Virus record (IMG/VR): IMGVR_UViG_2974656638_000001
Location: 1-64,000 of that record
DNA length: 64,000 bases
From: a virus
Taxonomy: Duplodnaviria > Caudoviricetes
Reading direction: 5' to 3' (one strand)
Made by a program: the position numbers and the translations under genes
The notes under the pieces: generated by a model
Databases searched by the model: none
Seen by the model: only the letters and a program-made list of their open reading frames with translations
Told to the model about the DNA's origin: nothing
Part shown: in pieces, positions 35,996-46,585 of the stretch
Numbering within the stretch: position 1 is the first letter of the stretch
Layout of the letters: each line of letters begins with the position of its first letter

Positions 35996-38900
35996 TTGGC
36001 AGATTTCAATTTTAGTTCAGCACCATATCATAATAGGTTCAATGCCTTGAATGATTGGACATTAGCACTTTTCCAACCAGACAGACCCCTTCAACAGTCC
36101 GAGTTAAACGAAATGCAATCTATTTTGCATTATTACCTAAAATCTGTTGGGGATGCTGTTTTTTCTGATGGGAACATGCAAACAGGTATGGAGTTTGTCT
36201 TGGATAACTCAGGAAACTTAACTGTTGGTGATGGTCAAGTTTATGTTGAGGGCAAAGTAAGAAACTTCAAAAAACAAACTATAAAATTAAATAAGATAGG
36301 TAGAGAGTTTGTAGGAGTAAAAGTAGAACAGTCTATTATTACCGCAGACCAAGACAGTAGTCTTCTAGACCAAACAGCAGGAGTTCCTAGTGCTTTTTCT
36401 AAAGGAGCTGACAGACTAAAAGAAACTGTTGTTTTAACGTTAGACGACCCTCAGTCAGCAACTATCTACCAGTTTGATAACGGAAAACTTTTTATCTCCT
36501 CTGATAACCCAGAGATGACAAAAATAAACGAAATTCTAGCTGAAAGAACATACGATGAATCAGGCTCTTATCGTGTTAACGGTTTTAACATGTGGACAGA
36601 ACCTCATCCGACAGACACTAGTAAAATTCAGTTAGTTATTGACACAGGTAGAGCTTATGTGTTAGGATACAAGGTAGATAAACCAACATCTACACGTATA
36701 CCTTTAGATAAAGCTAGAGATACTCGTAGTGTAGCCAATGAAGGGCAATACTACGATACAGCAGTTAACCGTATTAAGCTAGGAAACAGTCCTGTAGAAA
36801 CAGTAACACGAGTTACAGGTCAAGTTCAAGTACCTAAGGAGCAAGTGAGCAGAGGTTCTCAATCAGGAGGCACCGACTTCTTGAGTAGAACTTCCGTATT
36901 CCAGATAGACCGTGTGTGGACAGAAAACCCAACATCAGGAGAAGTTATTAAGGAATACACTCAAGGGACAGACTTCCAGTTAATAAATGGACAAGCGGTT
37001 TCATGGGCACCTAACGGAGCAGAACCTACGGCAGGAGCAACTTACTACGTGTCTTACCGTTATAACAAGTCTATGGTACTGAATACAGACTACAAGATAA
37101 CTATTGAAGGTACAGGGGATACAAAAACTTGGTATATTGATTTTAGTGATATGACAGGAAGTAAACCTATCCAACAAAGTTTAGTAAACGTTGATTACAA
37201 CTACTACTTGGCTCGTAAAGACCTAATAGTACTTGATAGATACGGAGAAGTTACAGTACACAAAGGACAACCAGATAACTTAAGATTAGCGGAAGCACCT
37301 GCACAGGTAGACCCCTCAACACTTCAAATTGGGGTAGTTACTATTTACCCTGAAAGTGAGACCGCTAGTGCTATGTCATTCTCTGTTACTCGTCTTTCTA
37401 TGGCTGATTTACAAAAAATGAGAACACGTATTGATAATATTGAGTATAACGAAGCAGTAAATGCTTTAGATAATCCTGCAATGGCAGGAGAAAACCCAGT
37501 GACATTACGTTCTGTATTCTCTGACGGTTTTATTTCACTAGACAAATACGATAGCACGCATCCAGATGCTATTATAGCTTTTAGTTTTGAGGATGCAGAA
37601 ATTACCCTACCTTACCAAGAAGTTAACAAGGTAGTTCCAAAAATGTTAGAGAACGCATCAGAAGCTTATGTTTGGGGACGTTTAGTATCAGCACCATTTA
37701 CAGAAGAGAAAACAATTTCTCAACCTTTTGCATCAGAAGCTATGAACGTAAACCCATATAATGTGTTTAATAAACAAGGGGTTATTACTTTAACACCTTC
37801 TGCGGATAACTGGATTGAGGAAGAACGAGTAACTGTAACTCAGGACGAAGTTAAGTCTTATACGGTAAACCGTTGGTGGCTACATGGAGGTAACTACTAT
37901 TCTGATGAAGCTAGATACTTGCATAACAACCTAGCACTAGATGCAGGGCAGTCATGGAGTGGGACTCCTTCTCAGAACAAACAAGTAACAGGAACAACAT
38001 TAACAGCAGGTGGACAACAAACACTTGAGTCTATGATAGAGTTTATGCGACAAATTGATATAGTGGTAGAAGGTAAAAACTACTTGCCTAACGCTAACAA
38101 CTTATACGCACTATTCGATGGTGTTCGGGTACCTATTACACCAGCTTCTGGTTACCGAAAAGGTACAGACACAGGAACATTAATGGCTAATGCAGATGGG
38201 ACAGTAAAAGGAACTATCACTATTCCAGCAGGTATCCGTTGTGGTGTGAGAGAAGTAACTTTACGGAATGCAGATAACTTAGGTATTTCTACATTCACTG
38301 CACAAGGTAGAAAGAAAACCGTGCAAGACATCATTATCAGAACTCACGTAACAGCTAACTTGTATGACCCGTTAGCTCAGTCATTCCAATTCACAGATGA
38401 CCGAGTTATAACTAGCTTAGGATTACATTTTGCTAGTAAAGATGCAGGAGAAAACAACGTTATCGTTCAGATTAGAGGTATGAGTGACGGAGGACAACCA
38501 AATAAAACTATTTATGCAGAAAGGGTATTAACCCCAGCTCAAGTAAATGTGTCTGCTGACAGTAGTAAGGAAACTAAAGTCACTTTTGATGACCCAATTA
38601 TGTGTAAAGCAGGTCAAGAGTACTGTATCGTTATTGTAACAGACTCTGATAGTTACACTATGTGGTTAGGTACTAGAGGTAAACCTAGAATAGACTCACC
38701 TAGCGACTTAATTACGTCAAACCCTTATGTACAAGGTGTACTATTTAGTTCTTCTAATGCTTCTACATGGACAGCACACCAAGATTCTGATTTGAAGTTT
38801 AATGTATATACTGCTAAGTTTAACGAACAAGCTGTACTAGAATTTGACACAATGAAAAATGTTAAAGTTGATAGAGTAGTACTAATGAGTACGTACCTAA

Positions 38901-39451
38901 CTCCTAATAACACAGGATGTATCTGGGATATGAAGATTGTTCTAGACAATGAACCTACAGGAGTTACAGTAGCAGACAAAGAATGGCAACCAATTGGTAA
39001 CTACCAAGATTTGGATGTAGAGCAATTAGCTAGAGAAGTCAAGTTAAGAGCTACTTTTGTTGCTAACAACTACATTTCACCATTGTTATCATTGGACGAC
39101 ATCATGTTTGCAGGTTTCTTAACTGCTTTAAAAGGTAGTTATGTTAGTAGAAATATTAATATGACAGACTCTCCTTATAATACAGTTAAGATTAGTTACG
39201 AAGCTTTCCTACCAGCTAACACTACAGTAAAAGCACAGTTTAGTACTGATGCAGGTATTACATGGAAAGACTTGACGTCTATTCCTGTAGTAACACAACA
39301 AACAGCCGATTTCTACAAGTATGAATACGAAGAGAAAGTCATCCAATCAGGCACATATAAAGGATTTAAGGTTCGGCTGAACTTAGCTTCACAAAACAGT
39401 TTCTTAAGACCTCGTGCTCGGAGACTAATGTGTTTAATGAAAGATGAATAG
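35996..39451 (+). CDS. Large adsorption/baseplate protein (VrlC/DUF4815-like)
   Basis: PYHNRF...DRPLQQSELNE, LAERTYDESGSY, DPLAQSF; 1151 aa. Confidence 0.85.
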   Translation: MADFNFSSAPYHNRFNALNDWTLALFQPDRPLQQSELNEMQSILHYYLKSVGDAVFSDGNMQTGMEFVLDNSGNLTVGDGQVYVEGKVRNFKKQTIKLNKIGREFVGVKVEQSIITADQDSSLLDQTAGVPSAFSKGADRLKETVVLTLDDPQSATIYQFDNGKLFISSDNPEMTKINEILAERTYDESGSYRVNGFNMWTEPHPTDTSKIQLVIDTGRAYVLGYKVDKPTSTRIPLDKARDTRSVANEGQYYDTAVNRIKLGNSPVETVTRVTGQVQVPKEQVSRGSQSGGTDFLSRTSVFQIDRVWTENPTSGEVIKEYTQGTDFQLINGQAVSWAPNGAEPTAGATYYVSYRYNKSMVLNTDYKITIEGTGDTKTWYIDFSDMTGSKPIQQSLVNVDYNYYLARKDLIVLDRYGEVTVHKGQPDNLRLAEAPAQVDPSTLQIGVVTIYPESETASAMSFSVTRLSMADLQKMRTRIDNIEYNEAVNALDNPAMAGENPVTLRSVFSDGFISLDKYDSTHPDAIIAFSFEDAEITLPYQEVNKVVPKMLENASEAYVWGRLVSAPFTEEKTISQPFASEAMNVNPYNVFNKQGVITLTPSADNWIEEERVTVTQDEVKSYTVNRWWLHGGNYYSDEARYLHNNLALDAGQSWSGTPSQNKQVTGTTLTAGGQQTLESMIEFMRQIDIVVEGKNYLPNANNLYALFDGVRVPITPASGYRKGTDTGTLMANADGTVKGTITIPAGIRCGVREVTLRNADNLGISTFTAQGRKKTVQDIIIRTHVTANLYDPLAQSFQFTDDRVITSLGLHFASKDAGENNVIVQIRGMSDGGQPNKTIYAERVLTPAQVNVSADSSKETKVTFDDPIMCKAGQEYCIVIVTDSDSYTMWLGTRGKPRIDSPSDLITSNPYVQGVLFSSSNASTWTAHQDSDLKFNVYTAKFNEQAVLEFDTMKNVKVDRVVLMSTYLTPNNTGCIWDMKIVLDNEPTGVTVADKEWQPIGNYQDLDVEQLAREVKLRATFVANNYISPLLSLDDIMFAGFLTALKGSYVSRNINMTDSPYNTVKISYEAFLPANTTVKAQFSTDAGITWKDLTSIPVVTQQTADFYKYEYEEKVIQSGTYKGFKVRLNLASQNSFLRPRARRLMCLMKDE

Positions 39452-39475
39452 GGGAACTTTTGTTCCCTTATTTTT
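39449..39475 (+). terminator. Intrinsic terminator
   Basis: TAGGGGAAC-TTTT-GTTCCCTTA plus T5. Confidence 0.7.
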
Positions 39476-39496
39476 AACTAAAAAGGGGCGGTAAAC

Positions 39497-39718
39497 ATGC
39501 CAGAGTCATATAGAGACCCCCATTCAGGGGCTTTAAAGTTTATTCCTACGAAACAGGAGAAAATAATTAAAGATGTGACTGAAAAACTAAGAGAAGACGA
39601 AGAAAAAATTCGAAAGAAAATAGAAGAGTTAGATATTAAACTAGCACAGGCAGACAGCAGGTTGCAAGAAATAACTAACTTGTATGAAGAATTAAAAGAA
39701 CTAAAGGAGGGTAACTAA
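39497..39718 (+). CDS. Small coiled-coil baseplate arm protein
   Basis: MPESYRDPHSGALKF plus heptads. Confidence 0.7.
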   Translation: MPESYRDPHSGALKFIPTKQEKIIKDVTEKLREDEEKIRKKIEELDIKLAQADSRLQEITNLYEELKELKEGN

Positions 39719-39720
39719 AT

Positions 39721-41013
39721 TTGTCTAGATACGACCATAGTACTGTAGAGTACACAGACAAAATTAAGGACTTAACAGATTCGGTAAACCGAGTAGGAAA
39801 CTACTTATCAGGAGACAATAGCCCTTATGACGATGTTCAGAAATTAAAAGCAATTACACAAAATATTAAGCTAACTAAAGATACAGGTTTAGCTAAAAGC
39901 ATTACAGCAGGAACAACTGCGTTGAGGTCAGTAGTCGAAGTAGGGGTTTACTATATTAATAGCACAGAAGCTCTAGCCCTAACTGATAAACCCCCAGAGC
40001 TAACAGGAGCCTTTATACTAGTAAACTACCCGACAACAGCCTCTACTTCTGTTAAGCAAGAAGTACACATGTTTGCTACAGGAACAACAGGTAGCTACGT
40101 AGGGTACCGATGGATTTCTGCTTCTAGTGTCAGCTCATGGTGGACTTATGAAAACACACTAGGTTCACAAGCTAAAGCAGATAAAGCATTAGCGGACGGG
40201 AAAACATATACTGATAGCTCAGTAAACTCCGCTTTGCAAGCAATTCAAAACTCAGCACAAATGTACAAGTTAACAGCGGATGATGGTAAGCCTATTGATG
40301 CTTCTGCTATGGCTACTCCACCAACTAGTGTAGCTTCTCTAACGAAGACAGGAATATATTACTTTACTGCCGCTTTTGGAAATACAATGCCAGATACCCC
40401 TTGCACAGGGCAACCATTCTGGTTGGTTGTTTTACAGCATGTAACAGATAACAGTATATCACAATCTGTGACAGCCAACACTGTAGCAGTAGAGAGGGTA
40501 GTCGCAGATAGGATTATTACTACTCTAGGGGTACCGAGTAAGTGGGAATACAGAGCTAAAGCCTCTAATTTCTTCTTTAGTGCTTCCAATTCGTCACGTA
40601 TAACACTAGTATCGACCCAACAGAATATTATAACACCTAATAAATTTATTAATAACCCCGGTAGTTTACCACTATCTGCGATAAACCCCGCAATAACTAT
40701 TCCAGAAGATGGGATGTACCAAGTGATGGCGGCCCTAAACATTAACGGTATTTTAGAAAAAGTGTACCTAGTAAGTGAGCTAACTCTACTAATAAATGAC
40801 GTAGTACACCCAGCTACATTTGGAATGGTAAAAACAGCAGATAATGCTAACGGGCAGTACTCTTTAGCAGGGAATGGCATATATCAACTAAAAAAAGGGG
40901 ACAAGTTAAAACTAAGAAGTTACTGTAACAATACAGGGAATAACCCTTACTTGGATGTAGACAAACTTTATATATCTGTTGGTAAGATTGCAGACATTTC
41001 ATTATTTAAATAA
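39721..41013 (+). CDS. Receptor-binding protein/tail fibre (two pyocin-knob-like repeats, C1q/TNF-like head)
   Basis: 430 aa; two GxYY..P repeats; IPEDGMYQV...LKKGDKL head; position. Confidence 0.8.
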   Translation: MSRYDHSTVEYTDKIKDLTDSVNRVGNYLSGDNSPYDDVQKLKAITQNIKLTKDTGLAKSITAGTTALRSVVEVGVYYINSTEALALTDKPPELTGAFILVNYPTTASTSVKQEVHMFATGTTGSYVGYRWISASSVSSWWTYENTLGSQAKADKALADGKTYTDSSVNSALQAIQNSAQMYKLTADDGKPIDASAMATPPTSVASLTKTGIYYFTAAFGNTMPDTPCTGQPFWLVVLQHVTDNSISQSVTANTVAVERVVADRIITTLGVPSKWEYRAKASNFFFSASNSSRITLVSTQQNIITPNKFINNPGSLPLSAINPAITIPEDGMYQVMAALNINGILEKVYLVSELTLLINDVVHPATFGMVKTADNANGQYSLAGNGIYQLKKGDKLKLRSYCNNTGNNPYLDVDKLYISVGKIADISLFK

Positions 41014-41044
41014 ACTTAGTATGCTGAGAAAGGAAGTCACAATA

Positions 41045-41455
41045 ATGGCAGAAGAAAAATTTTCATTAGACGGAAGGCAGTATGTAACAGCAGTCCTATA
41101 TATGTACCCTAACCTAGACCCTCAGTACGACTTTGGAGTTGTATCATCCGAAGGGAAGGTAGAGGCTTTTGAATGGAACGTAAAAAATATAACAAAGCCT
41201 TCTATTGCACAGTTAGACCAAGCATATAAAGACTATGTAAAATCTATCGGAAGTCCAAGTAACCCACCAGCCCTAGAACCAGAGGTCTCAAAAGAAGCCT
41301 CAATAGGTAAGATTCTAACTGAAAAATTTAGTGCGTTAGAGGAAGTTAATGCTAATATGTTATTGGAAAATTTAGAGCTTCAAGCTAGCCTAGATAAAAC
41401 AAAACAACAAAATTCAGAACTAGTATTTGAGCTAGTAGACAGGGGAGTCTTATGA
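41045..41455 (+). CDS. Tail fibre chaperone-like protein (XkdW-like)
   Basis: GAAAGGAAG supports ATG 41045; YMYPNLDP...EWN..ITKPS. Confidence 0.65.
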   Translation: MAEEKFSLDGRQYVTAVLYMYPNLDPQYDFGVVSSEGKVEAFEWNVKNITKPSIAQLDQAYKDYVKSIGSPSNPPALEPEVSKEASIGKILTEKFSALEEVNANMLLENLELQASLDKTKQQNSELVFELVDRGVL

Positions 41456-41589
41456 GTGTAAATTGGTATGAGTTAGTTTTAGATTACTACACAAAAGGTT
41501 ATTACACACCAAGTCAGGTAAAAAGATTTGCTGAGGTAGGAAAACTAACTTTCGAGCAAGCCGAAGAAATTATAGCTACAAAATCATAG
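41452..41589 (+). CDS. XkdX-like small protein (45 aa; absent from the ORF track)
   Basis: MSVNWYELVLDYYTKGYYTPSQVKRFAEVGKLTFEQAEEIIATKS; ATGA overlap; GGGGAG RBS. Confidence 0.82.
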   Translation: MSVNWYELVLDYYTKGYYTPSQVKRFAEVGKLTFEQAEEIIATKS

Positions 41590-41615
41590 AGTATGTTTAA
41601 ACTATATAGGTAATT

Positions 41616-41644
41616 AAGACTAGGACTAATATCCTAGTCTTTTT
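41616..41644 (+). terminator. Terminator closing the structural module, followed by TGTTATAATA (41646-41655)
   Basis: AAGACTAGGA-N6-TCCTAGTCTT plus TTT. Confidence 0.8.
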
Positions 41645-41689
41645 ATGTTATAATAAAGATATAGTAAATATATTTGGAGGAGTACATTA

Positions 41690-43435
41690 ATGAGAATTGT
41701 TGTAGATATAATGAATACACGAGTTTTATTCGATAAAGAAGAAGAGGCAATTAAAAAAAGATTTCTTAGGGATATGCACCAAAAATTAGGGGTAAAAGTA
41801 GATGGGTTCTTCTTTAGCCCAGCATATAAATCAGGTCATTGGGACGGTATCCAAGACTTCTATGACTTTAAAACAAATACGTTCCCTACAGGGCTGTTGC
41901 CACAAGTGCAAGAGATACTAGGAGCTATGCAAAATGATGCCGTATTTCAATTTGAGATTATTGATGACAGACCAGACCCGTTTTTAACAGTAGAGGACTT
42001 AGATAGTGAGATAACTCTTATAGGAGATGACGGAGGAGATATACAGCTTAGAGATTATCAGTATGACTCTGTAAAGTCTATCATTGAAAACTATAGTGGG
42101 ATTATCAATATTGCAACTAATGGAGGAAAAACGGAGATTGCTTCTGGTATCATTCAGCAGATTTTACCGCATTTAGAGTCTGGGGAGAGAATAGCCTTTT
42201 TTACTCACTCCTCATCTATATTTAACCAATCAATTGACCGTATAGAAAAAAGACTAGGTATTAAAGTAGGTAGGCTAGGAAATGGTAAAAAGGACATCAG
42301 ACAAGTTACTTTTGTAATGATACCTACGTTAACAGCCTCCCTAAAAGACCCCGAAGTTGGTTTGAAATTAACGCATAAGGAACGAGTTATTAAGAAGTTA
42401 GCTAAAGAGGTAGTTCCTCGTTTCACTATGCAAAAAAATCATAGAAAGCTTCTTAATATTTATATTGAGAACAACAGACCGAAAAATAAAGTAGAAGAAG
42501 ATATAAAAGCTCGACTAGAAGACTTGTTATATTCCTGTGGAACAGACTCCGAAGTTCTAATGGGACTAAAAGGTTTTAACGCAGAATATGAAAAAATTAT
42601 TGAGAAAAAAAATAAAAAACTATATGACAAGAACAAACAAGCTAGAGAATTTCTATCATCTGTATCTGTTATGATTGCGGATGAGGCGCACCATACCAGT
42701 TCAGAAACTTGGTACAACTCTTTGATGTCTTGTGAGAATGCTATGTACAGGGTGGCTTTGACAGGTTCTATAGACAAAGAAAATAAAATGTTATGGCAGA
42801 GAATGCAAGGAGTATTCGGTCAAATTACGGCTAGAACAAGTAATGAGACCTTAATTACACTTGGGCACTCTGCTAAACCAACGATTAAAATATTCCCTAT
42901 CAAGGCTCCTACAGATATTGAAAATGTAGATAACTATGCTACTGCTTATGAAAAAGGAATAGTAGAAAATGATTATCGTAATTTACTTATTGCAAAATTA
43001 GCAAAGATGTGGTATGATAAAGACAAAGGTGTTCTTATTATAGTAAATAGAATAGAGCACGGTAACAGATTATCTGAACTTCTTGAGTCTCTCGAAGTGT
43101 CGCACTACTTCATTCATGGAGACTTAGACATAGATTTAAGAGAACAACAACTCCAAAATATGAGAGATGGGAAGCTTAAAGTGATGATTTCTACATCTAT
43201 TGTAGATGAGGGAGTAGACATCTCAGGTATTGATGCGCTTATTTTAGGTGCAGGAGGGAAGTCTTTAAGACAGACACTTCAACGTGTTGGCAGGGCTTTA
43301 CGTAAGAAGAAGCAAGGAGAAAACACTTGCCAAGTATTTGACTTTAAAGATATGACTCATAGATTTTTACTAAGTCACTCAGACCAACGAAGACAGATTT
43401 ACGTAGATGAAAACTTTGAAATTCAAGACATTTAG
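41690..43435 (+). CDS. SF2 DNA helicase (UvsW-like)
   Basis: LRDYQ, ATNGGKT, DEAHH, LTGS, QRVGRALR. Confidence 0.93.
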   Translation: MRIVVDIMNTRVLFDKEEEAIKKRFLRDMHQKLGVKVDGFFFSPAYKSGHWDGIQDFYDFKTNTFPTGLLPQVQEILGAMQNDAVFQFEIIDDRPDPFLTVEDLDSEITLIGDDGGDIQLRDYQYDSVKSIIENYSGIINIATNGGKTEIASGIIQQILPHLESGERIAFFTHSSSIFNQSIDRIEKRLGIKVGRLGNGKKDIRQVTFVMIPTLTASLKDPEVGLKLTHKERVIKKLAKEVVPRFTMQKNHRKLLNIYIENNRPKNKVEEDIKARLEDLLYSCGTDSEVLMGLKGFNAEYEKIIEKKNKKLYDKNKQAREFLSSVSVMIADEAHHTSSETWYNSLMSCENAMYRVALTGSIDKENKMLWQRMQGVFGQITARTSNETLITLGHSAKPTIKIFPIKAPTDIENVDNYATAYEKGIVENDYRNLLIAKLAKMWYDKDKGVLIIVNRIEHGNRLSELLESLEVSHYFIHGDLDIDLREQQLQNMRDGKLKVMISTSIVDEGVDISGIDALILGAGGKSLRQTLQRVGRALRKKKQGENTCQVFDFKDMTHRFLLSHSDQRRQIYVDENFEIQDI

Positions 43436-43449
43436 GGGGAAGAACAAGA

Positions 43450-45090
43450 ATGGATTTAGTATATGTAGGATGTCAGATGGAAATAGGAATGAGGAAAGGT
43501 TTACGAGACTTTCTAGTGGATGTTGCTAAAACAGCTCAGCAATGGGGAGAAAGCGTGGCTATGGTTACTCAAAAACATAGCCTAGCTGAGCAAACAGGAG
43601 TAAACATTAGAACAGTCTCACGTTATATAGCTGAACTTGAAAACAAAGGTATTATTAAAACAGAAGCAAAAAGAGGAAGAAACGGTGGACTAGTTATCAT
43701 GTTTAATAAAAATATGGTTACTTTTAAATTAACAGACAACCCTATAACCTCTGATTCACCTGATGCGGTAGAACTTAGAGACCGTATGTTCCCTAAAAAG
43801 AATGAAGACCCGAATAAAGAGAAAAGACCTCGTAGAACAAAAGAACAAATGGCAGAGGAAAAAGTACTAAAAAATCGTAAGAGAAGTCTTAATAATGAGT
43901 TAAACGATATGTTAGACGATACATTATTCCCTACAGAAGAGATATTTAGTAAAACAGAGGAGCCTGAGAGGTACTTTAAAGCTTATTTACTGTCTCGAAT
44001 GGTTAATGCTTATGCGTATATTTATCCTACAGAGAGAGAGCTAGACATGCTAAGCAGAGGGGTGCAGGTAGAAGCAGAGAAGGCACGAAAAAATAGAGTA
44101 CGAGCTTACTCTTTTAACTCACTACCTGCTAGATTTTTTGGGACATCTCAGTTTACTTGCTACTTAAAACTACAAGACTTATTAGAAAAAGAGAACATTA
44201 ACCCATTATCTTATTTAACAGTTCAATTTGACTACTTAGACTACAGATTAGATAACAGTCTTGGAGGAACTCCACTAGCATATAGAGGTATCCCTGAGGC
44301 AAACTGCTTAATAGGTGAGACTGCCTTTAGTCGTTACACATCTGCTAAGGACTTCTACACTGTTATGCGAGGTAAAAACATGTTACGCACCAGTACAGCA
44401 GATGTTGCCTTTAAAGGTGGAAAATACCCTATTGTGGAGGCGTTATTACACGCTTACAATGTAGGTAAGCAAGATATTACTGCACTAAACCAACAAATAG
44501 AGGATATGAAGACACAAGCTAGTGTGTTCCATAAATCCGAAGCCCTAGCAGACTTTTATGAAACAACAAAACTATTAGTTGAAGAAAGTGCTTTAGAAAC
44601 AAATGAAAAAGACGAGCTATACAAATTTGTTACTGAACAAGTTGTTTTACACTCTCGTAAGAATGCAATGAGTCTTAGCCAACAGTTGCTAAGCTTCCCA
44701 CTTCAAATTCAACGTGTAAGACAGACAGCCGAATTAAAAGGATTAGACAAAAAGGACTACTATACTTTTGTAGGCAACTTAGAGAAACAAGTGAAAGTAA
44801 GTAGAAACACGTTTAACTCGTTTACTGAAAAAGGTAAGCTTTTACACGAGTCTCTAGAGGCAAACAGTACTTTTTATAGTACCATTCGTATGCTAGGAGA
44901 CTACCGAGGACTAACCGTAAACATCCCGTTACTCGGAGAAGCTATCAAGAAATTAGGAGAGGAACATATTCCTCTAGATTCTTATGGAATGTTAGATATA
45001 ACACAGGTTTACGACAAGTATTTAACAGACCTGCAAATGCAAGAAGATGAAGAGAACTATGAAACACCTACAAGTTTTATTGTTAAGTAA
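43450..45090 (+). CDS. HTH-containing putative replication/transcription protein
   Basis: LAEQTGVNIRTVSRYIAELENKGII (winged HTH). Confidence 0.75.
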   Translation: MDLVYVGCQMEIGMRKGLRDFLVDVAKTAQQWGESVAMVTQKHSLAEQTGVNIRTVSRYIAELENKGIIKTEAKRGRNGGLVIMFNKNMVTFKLTDNPITSDSPDAVELRDRMFPKKNEDPNKEKRPRRTKEQMAEEKVLKNRKRSLNNELNDMLDDTLFPTEEIFSKTEEPERYFKAYLLSRMVNAYAYIYPTERELDMLSRGVQVEAEKARKNRVRAYSFNSLPARFFGTSQFTCYLKLQDLLEKENINPLSYLTVQFDYLDYRLDNSLGGTPLAYRGIPEANCLIGETAFSRYTSAKDFYTVMRGKNMLRTSTADVAFKGGKYPIVEALLHAYNVGKQDITALNQQIEDMKTQASVFHKSEALADFYETTKLLVEESALETNEKDELYKFVTEQVVLHSRKNAMSLSQQLLSFPLQIQRVRQTAELKGLDKKDYYTFVGNLEKQVKVSRNTFNSFTEKGKLLHESLEANSTFYSTIRMLGDYRGLTVNIPLLGEAIKKLGEEHIPLDSYGMLDITQVYDKYLTDLQMQEDEENYETPTSFIVK

Positions 45091-45107
45091 GGAGGAGGAG
45101 ATATACG

Positions 45108-46571
45108 TTGAGTTCCATTATTCAAAAGCAAGTTATATACCGAGCTATTAGAGACCCTTTATTTGGTAAGGATGTGTTAGCACAGTTACCTAGTAATGTA
45201 TTTGACGAGAATGAGCACTACAAAAATCTAGTAATTATTATTAAAAAGCATTACCAGACAAGTAACAAGGCGCTTGATGAAAGTACGTTGCTAACTATTA
45301 CGGAGGAACATTTAGTTAGACAGAAAAAGAGCTTAGAAGTACAGGAAAGCTTTAATGAGACAATTCATGATTTGTATAAAATTGATGAACTAGGTATAGA
45401 CGATGAGGCTGTCGGAGAAAGCATTAAACGATTCGTCAAAAAAAATCTGGCAGCTCACTTGATAAAGGAGACTTTGTCTAAGGGTGAAGGGCTAGACAAC
45501 GAAGAAACATTAGAAAAACTATACACAGGTATCAAAGAAATCTCTATTTTAGATATTAACCGTAGTGAAAACACTTTATTTAGTTTCTTTGATGATGTAG
45601 AAGCCAAGAAAAAGATGCTACAAAGTATCCACCAAGATAAGTTCTCTACAGGATTCACAGACTTAGATGTTATTGCTGAGGGTGGTATTGGACGTGGAGA
45701 GCTCGGTCTAGTTATTGCCCCTACAGGTGGTGGTAAAACTATGTGGGCAGTAAACCAAGCAAAAAACTATGTTGCTCAAGGTTTAAACGTTTTGTATGTA
45801 GTGTTAGAGGAACGATTAGAACGTATGATTTTACGTTTTGAACAAAATATGATGGGTATCCCTAAATCTCGACTTATGCCAGATAATGAACTTGACGAAG
45901 AAGCTTTCGACAAATTACAAACGATTTATGATATTAAACGTAAACAAGGATTAGGTAATCTTTACATTGAAAAGAGAATGCCTCAGGAAGTTAGTCCTAC
46001 AATGTTAGAGCAAATTATCGTTGATGCTAGTGTTCGTAAAGGGAAACATTTAGATGTGGTTATTATTGACTATCCTGACTTAATGAAAAACCCTCATGAA
46101 AGAGATAATAGTGAGTCCCGTGCAGGAGGAAAACTATACGAAGAAATACGTAAGTTAGCTCAAACCTATAAGTTTGCTGGTTGGGTACTCTCTCAGGTTA
46201 ACCGCGGAGGATATTCAGAGGATGTACTTACTGCTAAAAGTATCGAGGGTTCTAAACAGAAACTAAATGCTGTGGAAATTGCTATGACCTTAAACCAAAA
46301 ACCTATTGAGTTTGAAAAAGGTTTTATTAGAGCATATGCCGACAAGATTCGTAATAATAACGGTAAATCTTATAACCGTATGCTTAGCTTTAAGGTTGTT
46401 CCAGAAACAATGACTATCAGAAATATAACACCTGATGAAAGAGTAGAACACGATATGATTTTAAATAACCTCGAAGAAAAAGAAGGTCGTGTATTTAAAA
46501 ATACGAAAAAGGCTACACCTGACCCCCAAGCAGTTGTAGACGAAGTAAAAGCACTAAATAGTAGATTATAA
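45108..46571 (+). CDS. DnaB-like replicative helicase (SF4)
   Basis: APTGGGKT, VIIDYPD, LSQVNR. Confidence 0.92.
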   Translation: MSSIIQKQVIYRAIRDPLFGKDVLAQLPSNVFDENEHYKNLVIIIKKHYQTSNKALDESTLLTITEEHLVRQKKSLEVQESFNETIHDLYKIDELGIDDEAVGESIKRFVKKNLAAHLIKETLSKGEGLDNEETLEKLYTGIKEISILDINRSENTLFSFFDDVEAKKKMLQSIHQDKFSTGFTDLDVIAEGGIGRGELGLVIAPTGGGKTMWAVNQAKNYVAQGLNVLYVVLEERLERMILRFEQNMMGIPKSRLMPDNELDEEAFDKLQTIYDIKRKQGLGNLYIEKRMPQEVSPTMLEQIIVDASVRKGKHLDVVIIDYPDLMKNPHERDNSESRAGGKLYEEIRKLAQTYKFAGWVLSQVNRGGYSEDVLTAKSIEGSKQKLNAVEIAMTLNQKPIEFEKGFIRAYADKIRNNNGKSYNRMLSFKVVPETMTIRNITPDERVEHDMILNNLEEKEGRVFKNTKKATPDPQAVVDEVKALNSRL

Positions 46572-46585
46572 GGAGGAGATAGTTT